From a virus (Duplodnaviria; Heunggongvirae; Uroviricota; Caudoviricetes): a stretch of 4,067 bases of DNA. The translations under genes were made by a program, and so were the position numbers. The notes under the pieces are model-generated. The model was given only the letters and a program-made list of their open reading frames with translations, ran no database searches and was not told the origin of the DNA. How positions within the stretch are numbered: position 1 is the stretch's first letter; the number at the start of each line of letters is the position of its first letter. Of the stretch, positions 1 to 4,067 are shown piece after piece. The stretch is taken from the IMG/VR virus record IMGVR_UViG_2228664000_000034, positions 1 to 4,067 of that record; one strand, written 5' to 3'.

Positions 1-2
1 TG

Positions 3-752
3 GTTGCTCAGGGGAAAAAGCCGACAGAGGCATACCGACTGGCTGGTTATGAGGGGCAAGGTGCGACAGCTAACAGCAACGCCAGCCGTATGCTTAGAAA
101 TGCCAGGGTTTATCGTGCCATTAGCTACTTCCGCAATCAGTACCAGAAACGCTATACCGCAGACCTGGATTTACTGGTGAGCCAGTTGATGGCTATTGTC
201 CAGGCCGACCCCAATCAGTTGGCACAATTTCGCCGTGTTAACTGCCGTTATTGCTGGGGCGAGAATCATCTCTACCAGTGGCGTGATATTGCAGAATTCG
301 ATAAGGCAGCGGCACAGGCCTCCAGAGATGGCAAACCCGAGCCGGAATATGGAGGCCTCGGCTTTGTTGATAACGCCATACCCAATCCGGACTGCCAGAA
401 GTGCTGCGGTGAGGGAACGGGGCAGCTTTATATGGCTGATACCACTCTGCTTGATGGGGATGCGCGGCAATTATATGCAGGGGCAAAGCTCGGGAAATTT
501 GGTGTTGAGATCCTGCTGGAGGATAAGGCTGCCGCCCGGCGCGAACTTATCAAGCTGATAATGGCGACGAAAGGAAGTTCTGCTGGTGGTGCAACTGACA
601 GTCGCAATGATCTGGAGCTTGAAGGACTGAGGCTTCGCAACGAAAAGCTGCGCACTGAGATTGAAAACCTCAAAAAAGGCGTGGGTGGTGAGAATAACGA
701 AATAATTATCCACAACTCTCTGCCGATGCCGGGAGTGGATAATGTCGATTGA
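3..752 (+). CDS. Phage terminase small subunit (TerS), 5'-truncated by the window edge
   Basis: The frame of the 90..752 ORF stays open back to position 3, so the ATG at 90 is internal and the true start lies upstream. The first in-window residues (VAQGKKPTEAYRLAGYEGQGATANSNASRMLRNARVYRAI) resemble the N-terminal helix-turn-helix signature of small terminase subunits (Terminase_2-like, from memory, not searched). The gene sits immediately upstream of, and overlaps by 11 nt, a large terminase gene with a Walker A motif. A leucine-heptad segment (L180/L187/L194, nt ~609-677) fits an oligomerisation coiled coil. Stop TGA at 750-752. Confidence 0.8.
   Translation, partial: VAQGKKPTEAYRLAGYEGQGATANSNASRMLRNARVYRAISYFRNQYQKRYTADLDLLVSQLMAIVQADPNQLAQFRRVNCRYCWGENHLYQWRDIAEFDKAAAQASRDGKPEPEYGGLGFVDNAIPNPDCQKCCGEGTGQLYMADTTLLDGDARQLYAGAKLGKFGVEILLEDKAAARRELIKLIMATKGSSAGGATDSRNDLELEGLRLRNEKLRTEIENLKKGVGGENNEIIIHNSLPMPGVDNVD
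582..589 (+). other. Chi octamer match (5'-GCTGGTGG-3') within terS
   Basis: Exact octamer on the + strand, encoding Ala-Gly-Gly in the terS frame. Function as a RecBCD hotspot is not demonstrated. Confidence 0.5.
732..735 (+). promoter_or_regulatory. Shine-Dalgarno (GGAG) for terL, inside the terS 3' end
   Basis: GGAG lies 6 nt upstream of ATG 742. Confidence 0.5.
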
Positions 753-2070
753 AATCTACCTCCCAAAACCTCATGAGGGGCAAATAGCTGCATGGACGGC
801 GGCAATAGAGGAACGCTTCCACGCGGTATGCTGTGGTCGTCGCTGGGGTAAAACGGTGATGCTGGTGAACATCGCTACCAGTTTCGCTACGCGGAAATTT
901 GCCGTTCCTACCACCGGGCAACTTATCGCGGGTAGGGTGGGGATTTTTACCGCGCAATACCGCCAGTACCAGGAAATCTGGGATGAAATTAGCGCCGTTC
1001 TGCAACCGCTGATCCTCAGTCAGTCAAAAAATGAAAAGCGCATCATTCTCCGTAATGGGGGGCGCATCGACTTTTGGGTAACGGACAATAACAAACTGGC
1101 CGGGCGTGGGCGTAAATATCACGCTGTGCTGATTGATGAGGCCGCATTCACTAAATCGCCGGAAATGCTCGAGGAAATCTGGCCCCGAGCGATACGCCCG
1201 ACGCTTGTCGATTACCGCGGCTGTGCGTGGGTATTTTCCACACCAAACGGTATCGACGAGAGCAATTTTTTCTACGCGATATGCCACGATGAATCCCTGG
1301 GATTTGTGATGCACCATGCGCCAACTTCATCGAATCCGTATATTCCGAAAGAAGAACTGGAGGAAACGGAGAAGAAATCCGATCCGCGCGTCTGGCAGCA
1401 GGAATATCTTGCAGAGTTCGTAGACTGGTCCAAAGACGCGTTACTCGATGTCGATAAGCTGCTGGTGGACGGTCAACCAATTGAGATGCCGCCGTACTGC
1501 GACATGATTTTCGCAGTGATGGATACGGCGCTGAAAGGCGGGACCGAAAATGATGGTACTGGCGTGGTGTATTTCGCTTATGAGTCAACGTATTCGGACG
1601 AGCCAAAACTGACGATTATTGACTGGGATGTGACGCAAATTAAAGCGTCATTGCTTCCTGAATATATCCCCGGCGTTTATGACAACCTCGAGCGCCTCGC
1701 GAAATTATGCCGTCCGCGTCTGGGCAGCCAGGGAATTTTTATGGAAGACGCCGCGATGGGGGCAATCCTCAACCAGAAGGCGGAAACCGAAGGCTGGGAT
1801 ATGACGCCGATTAAATCGGCACTAACCAGCAAGGGCAAAGACGAACGAGCGGTGATGGCATCCAGCTATCACTATCAGGGGATGTGCAAAATCGTCCGGG
1901 AGGCTTACGACAAGACCGTTTCATTCAAGCGCACTACTGCAAACCACCTCATAAAACAAATCGCCGGGTTCCACCTGGCAGACAAAGACGCGCATAAACG
2001 TGCTGATGACCTTTTCGATTGTTATACCTATGGATTGATCATCGCGCACGGTAATTACGCGGAGTTGTAA
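742..2070 (+). CDS. Phage terminase large subunit (TerL; ATPase plus nuclease)
   Basis: 442-aa ORF. N-terminal Walker A/P-loop GRRWGKT (nt 835-855). Walker B-like hydrophobic run ending in DE, AVLIDE (nt ~1120-1140). Terminase nuclease-type motif VMDTALKGGTENDGTG with two Asp residues (nt ~1510-1569). GGAG at 732-735 lies 6 nt upstream of ATG 742. The start overlaps the TerS stop (ATGTCGATTGA), suggesting translational coupling. Stop TAA at 2068-2070. Confidence 0.9.
   Translation: MSIEIYLPKPHEGQIAAWTAAIEERFHAVCCGRRWGKTVMLVNIATSFATRKFAVPTTGQLIAGRVGIFTAQYRQYQEIWDEISAVLQPLILSQSKNEKRIILRNGGRIDFWVTDNNKLAGRGRKYHAVLIDEAAFTKSPEMLEEIWPRAIRPTLVDYRGCAWVFSTPNGIDESNFFYAICHDESLGFVMHHAPTSSNPYIPKEELEETEKKSDPRVWQQEYLAEFVDWSKDALLDVDKLLVDGQPIEMPPYCDMIFAVMDTALKGGTENDGTGVVYFAYESTYSDEPKLTIIDWDVTQIKASLLPEYIPGVYDNLERLAKLCRPRLGSQGIFMEDAAMGAILNQKAETEGWDMTPIKSALTSKGKDERAVMASSYHYQGMCKIVREAYDKTVSFKRTTANHLIKQIAGFHLADKDAHKRADDLFDCYTYGLIIAHGNYAEL
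1461..1468 (+). other. Chi octamer match (5'-GCTGGTGG-3') within terL
   Basis: Exact octamer on the + strand, spanning codons L-L-V-D of terL. Confidence 0.5.
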
Positions 2071-2075
2071 AAATC

Positions 2076-2079
2076 AGGA
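2076..2079 (+). promoter_or_regulatory. Shine-Dalgarno (AGGA) for the portal gene
   Basis: AGGA lies 8 nt upstream of ATG 2088, within the 17-nt terL-portal spacer. Confidence 0.5.
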
Positions 2080-2087
2080 TATTTTTG

Positions 2088-3524
2088 ATGGCAGAGATCG
2101 AGATTACTGGCGGCCTCGGTTCGGCACTGATGCGTATTCTTGAGGACGAAGAAATTCAGCCTGGAACCGATATCGGCTATGAATTGTGTAAGCTGCTGTG
2201 GCAATTCCATCCTCTGGGCGGGAAACTTGTCGAAAAACCCATACTTATGGCGATGTGTAAGCCGCGCCAGTACAACGTGGAGACAGACCCTGACGAGCGG
2301 GTTGTGAGGCGTTTTCAGGAGGTATGGGAACGCATGAAGGTGAACGAGAAGATTAAAAATCTGTTTTTTCTGTCTCGTTGCTACGGTGCCGCAGCGATCG
2401 GCGTGGGCACCGACAGTGTTTCATGTCGTGAACCGCTTCCGACGTTCGGACTTACAGAAGAGGATGTGTATATCAACGCGTGGGATCCGTTGAACGCTTC
2501 CGGTTCGATGGTGACTGACCAGAACCCAAACAGTCCGTTTTTCCAGGAAGCCAATAAAAAGCTGAAGATTGGCGGAAAAGACTGGCATCCGTCACGCACA
2601 CTGAAAATCTTCAACGGCACACCGATTTATCTGGAGTTTCAGAGTTCATCGTTCGGATTCACCGGGCGAAGCGTGTTTCAGCGCGTTCTTTATTCCCTGA
2701 AATCCTATATCAACACGATGGAGGCGAATGATCTCGTCAGTCAGAAAGCGGGCGTACTGGTAGCTAAAGTTGTGCAGAACGGTTCGAAACTTGACGGGAT
2801 CATGGCTGCCGCCACGGGACGAAAAAGGGAAAACGTCAAAGAGGCAAAAAATAAAGGTGTGCTTAGTATCGGGAAGGATGAGGACGTTACCTCGCTGAAT
2901 TTACAAAACATCGATGGCGCGCTAAATGCCGCCCGCGACAACATTATTTCCGATATTGCATCAGGTAGCGATGTTCCCGCGATTCTAATCAAGGAGGAGG
3001 CTTTCTCGAATGGTTTCGGTGAAGGAACTGAGGATTCGAAAGCTATCAGCCAGTATATCGATGGTGTGCGCCAGCAGATTGAGCCCGTGATGGATTATTT
3101 TGAACGCCTGGTGCAGTACATCGCCTGGAACGAGGAATTTTATCAGTCGCTGAAAAATGATTACCCGGACATCATAACTGATGACTATAAAACCACGTTT
3201 TACCAGTGGCGACGTGAATTTACCGCAACGTGGCAGGAGCTGGTGGAGGAGTCGCCGGACAAACGCCGGGAAAGCGACAGTAAAGTGATTCAACAGGCGA
3301 TAGCACTTTTCTCTGCCGTGTCGCCACAGGTTGATCCTGAAAACCGAGCCGCCATCACTGAATGGCTGGCAAGCCTTGTTAATGCCACGCAAACCTATGG
3401 CGAAGCTCCACTCATCATTGATGTGGACGCGCTGGCGAACTATGAACCACCGAAGCAGGAGACGCCTGATGGCAATTTCCAGCCGGGCGGGGAGGAAGAA
3501 GAAACGGATCAGGACGCTGTATGA
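2088..3524 (+). CDS. Putative phage portal protein
   Basis: 478-aa ORF immediately downstream of TerL (17-nt spacer), the canonical portal position in packaging modules, with a size typical of portals. Acidic low-complexity C-terminal tail (GGEEEETDQDAV). AGGA at 2076-2079 precedes ATG 2088; the ORF track begins at an in-frame TTG at 2085, but the ATG is preferred. Family assignment is by synteny and general resemblance only, with no search run. Stop TGA at 3522-3524. Confidence 0.7.
   Translation: MAEIEITGGLGSALMRILEDEEIQPGTDIGYELCKLLWQFHPLGGKLVEKPILMAMCKPRQYNVETDPDERVVRRFQEVWERMKVNEKIKNLFFLSRCYGAAAIGVGTDSVSCREPLPTFGLTEEDVYINAWDPLNASGSMVTDQNPNSPFFQEANKKLKIGGKDWHPSRTLKIFNGTPIYLEFQSSSFGFTGRSVFQRVLYSLKSYINTMEANDLVSQKAGVLVAKVVQNGSKLDGIMAAATGRKRENVKEAKNKGVLSIGKDEDVTSLNLQNIDGALNAARDNIISDIASGSDVPAILIKEEAFSNGFGEGTEDSKAISQYIDGVRQQIEPVMDYFERLVQYIAWNEEFYQSLKNDYPDIITDDYKTTFYQWRREFTATWQELVEESPDKRRESDSKVIQQAIALFSAVSPQVDPENRAAITEWLASLVNATQTYGEAPLIIDVDALANYEPPKQETPDGNFQPGGEEEETDQDAV
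3239..3246 (+). other. Chi octamer match (5'-GCTGGTGG-3') within the portal gene
   Basis: Exact octamer on the + strand, spanning codons E-L-V-E of the portal gene. Confidence 0.5.
3457..3461 (+). promoter_or_regulatory. Shine-Dalgarno (AGGAG) for the gene downstream of the portal, inside the portal 3' end
   Basis: AGGAG lies 7 nt upstream of ATG 3469. Confidence 0.45.
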
Positions 3525-4067
3525 GGTTCTGACGGATGCCGTTAACTACTACGTAAATCACGGGTGGGATAGCGAAAAATCATTGCTCGAATGGTGCCGG
3601 AAGCTCCGTGTAGCCGCTCAGCGAGAAACCCCTGATGATACCGTAGCCAGAAAACATCTCACCGCTATCTACAGCCGTCTTGTCATCGACGGCGGGGCAT
3701 TACGGGATCAGCCTCCTGACGGCCCTAAAAAAATCACTGTTGAAAAACTGAAACCTGAGTTTCGCAAGGAACTCGACAGGCGAATTTTCGCCAGTGCCAA
3801 CCTGATAAAACTCAACCGCGAACAGGCTATCGAGAAAACCATACAGCGTTTTCAGGGATGGGTTACGTCCATTCCTCCTGACGGGGTGAGCGAAATTGAT
3901 CGCCGGGAAGTGAAGTCCGGTTTTCAGAAATCCGTGAAGGATATGGATTTTATCAGTCGCCGGGTGGCAATTGACCAGGGACATAAGCTGGCGAGCAACG
4001 TTAAATATCTGCTGGCTGTTCAGAGTGGTGCGATTGCTCTGCGCTGGCATTCGAACTGGCGGCGTCC
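3469..4067 (+). CDS. Putative head morphogenesis / minor head protein (function inferred from position only), 3'-truncated by the window edge
   Basis: Frame 1 is open from 3304 (after TAG at 3301-3303) to the window end with no stop, which is why it is missing from the ORF track. Codon usage matches the upstream genes. ATG 3469 is the only in-frame ATG preceded by a good Shine-Dalgarno sequence (AGGAG at 3457-3461, 7-nt spacer); other in-frame ATGs at 3382, 3397, 3421 and 3442 lack one. The predicted start overlaps the portal 3' end by 56 nt. In-window translation begins MAISSRAGRKKKRIRTLYEVLTDAVNYYVNHGWDSEKSLLEWCRKLR. Genes directly after the portal in SPP1-like and Mu-like head modules are commonly minor head/morphogenesis proteins, but the product here is not verified. 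Confidence 0.5.
   Translation, partial: MAISSRAGRKKKRIRTLYEVLTDAVNYYVNHGWDSEKSLLEWCRKLRVAAQRETPDDTVARKHLTAIYSRLVIDGGALRDQPPDGPKKITVEKLKPEFRKELDRRIFASANLIKLNREQAIEKTIQRFQGWVTSIPPDGVSEIDRREVKSGFQKSVKDMDFISRRVAIDQGHKLASNVKYLLAVQSGAIALRWHSNWRR

Noticed and set aside
90-92. ATG at 90 as the true terS start
   Set aside because: The reading frame is open back to the window edge, and the upstream residues carry the conserved helix-turn-helix-like small-terminase signature. The real start must lie upstream of the window.
243-407. HNH endonuclease interpretation of the cysteine cluster in the first ORF
   Set aside because: HNH nucleases are common next to terminase genes and contain paired CxxC motifs, but the canonical HNH catalytic core (the conserved His-His pair and the Asn/His metal ligands in the expected spacing) is not recognisable. 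The N-terminus looks like TerS instead.
196-558. Plus-strand ORF 196..558 (120 aa) in an alternative frame inside terS
   Set aside because: It is entirely nested out of frame within terS, has a Pro/Arg/Ser-rich composition typical of off-frame translation, and no Shine-Dalgarno sequence. Treated as spurious.
171-1606. Minus-strand ORFs 171..470, 238..486, 428..805, 471..713, 706..1005, 1024..1317 and 1151..1606 from the ORF track
   Set aside because: All lie antisense to, or overlap, the strongly supported terS and terL genes. Their translations are low-complexity and rich in Arg, Ser and Pro, as expected from reading a coding strand backwards, and none has a convincing Shine-Dalgarno sequence. 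Treated as spurious.
2085-2087. TTG at 2085 as the portal start (as in the ORF track)
   Set aside because: An in-frame ATG follows directly at 2088 with better spacing from the AGGA at 2076-2079. The difference is one codon and is functionally trivial.
3521-3532. ATG at 3521 overlapping the portal stop (ATGA), as a coupled start for the next gene
   Set aside because: In that frame the ORF is only three codons long (M-R-F-stop at 3530-3532), so it cannot be the start of the downstream gene.
3727-3733. A7 homopolymer (plus shorter A runs at 671-676 and 2846-2851) as a slippage or phase-variation site
   Set aside because: The runs are short, encode ordinary Lys codons in frame, and there is no alternative-frame ORF downstream that would make a shift productive.
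2381-4050. Minus-strand ORFs 2381..2620, 2741..2992, 2985..3392 and 3700..4050
   Set aside because: These are antisense to the portal gene and to the open frame-1 gene at the 3' end. The + strand frames have the better coding character and operon collinearity. Treated as spurious.
1-4067. Restriction-site avoidance or Dam (GATC) depletion as an anti-restriction signature
   Set aside because: By eye GATC occurs about 14 times, close to random expectation for this length, and common 6-bp palindromes (GAATTC, GGATCC, CTCGAG, CCGCGG) are present. There is no sign of avoidance.
1-4067. tRNA, CRISPR repeats, integrase or transposase genes, or inverted-repeat mobile element ends
   Set aside because: No repeated spacer-repeat architecture, no cloverleaf-like segments in the minimal non-coding space, and no ORF with recombinase-like features. 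The window is fully occupied by the packaging operon.

Overview
This window is a gene-dense, single-strand (+) DNA-packaging and head-assembly module of a tailed phage or prophage, probably from an enterobacterial host (inferred from roughly balanced GC, codon usage and the presence of Chi octamers). It holds four collinear genes with short overlaps or spacers: the 3' part of a terminase small subunit gene (3..752), a complete terminase large subunit gene (742..2070), a complete putative portal gene (2088..3524), and the 5' part of a further morphogenesis gene that runs off the window end (about 3469..4067). That last ORF is absent from the supplied ORF track because it has no stop inside the window. 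I found no RNA genes, CRISPR arrays, transposase or integrase genes, and no intergenic space large enough for a promoter or cargo gene. All minus-strand ORFs in the track lie antisense to well-supported + strand genes and are judged spurious. I see no evidence of an undescribed defence or anti-defence system here. The observations worth a second look are three co-oriented Chi octamers, an unusually long terminase small subunit carrying a CxxC...CxxCC cysteine cluster and a leucine-heptad segment, and the overlap and start ambiguity at the portal/downstream gene junction. All product calls rest on motif reading, gene order and size; no database search was possible.
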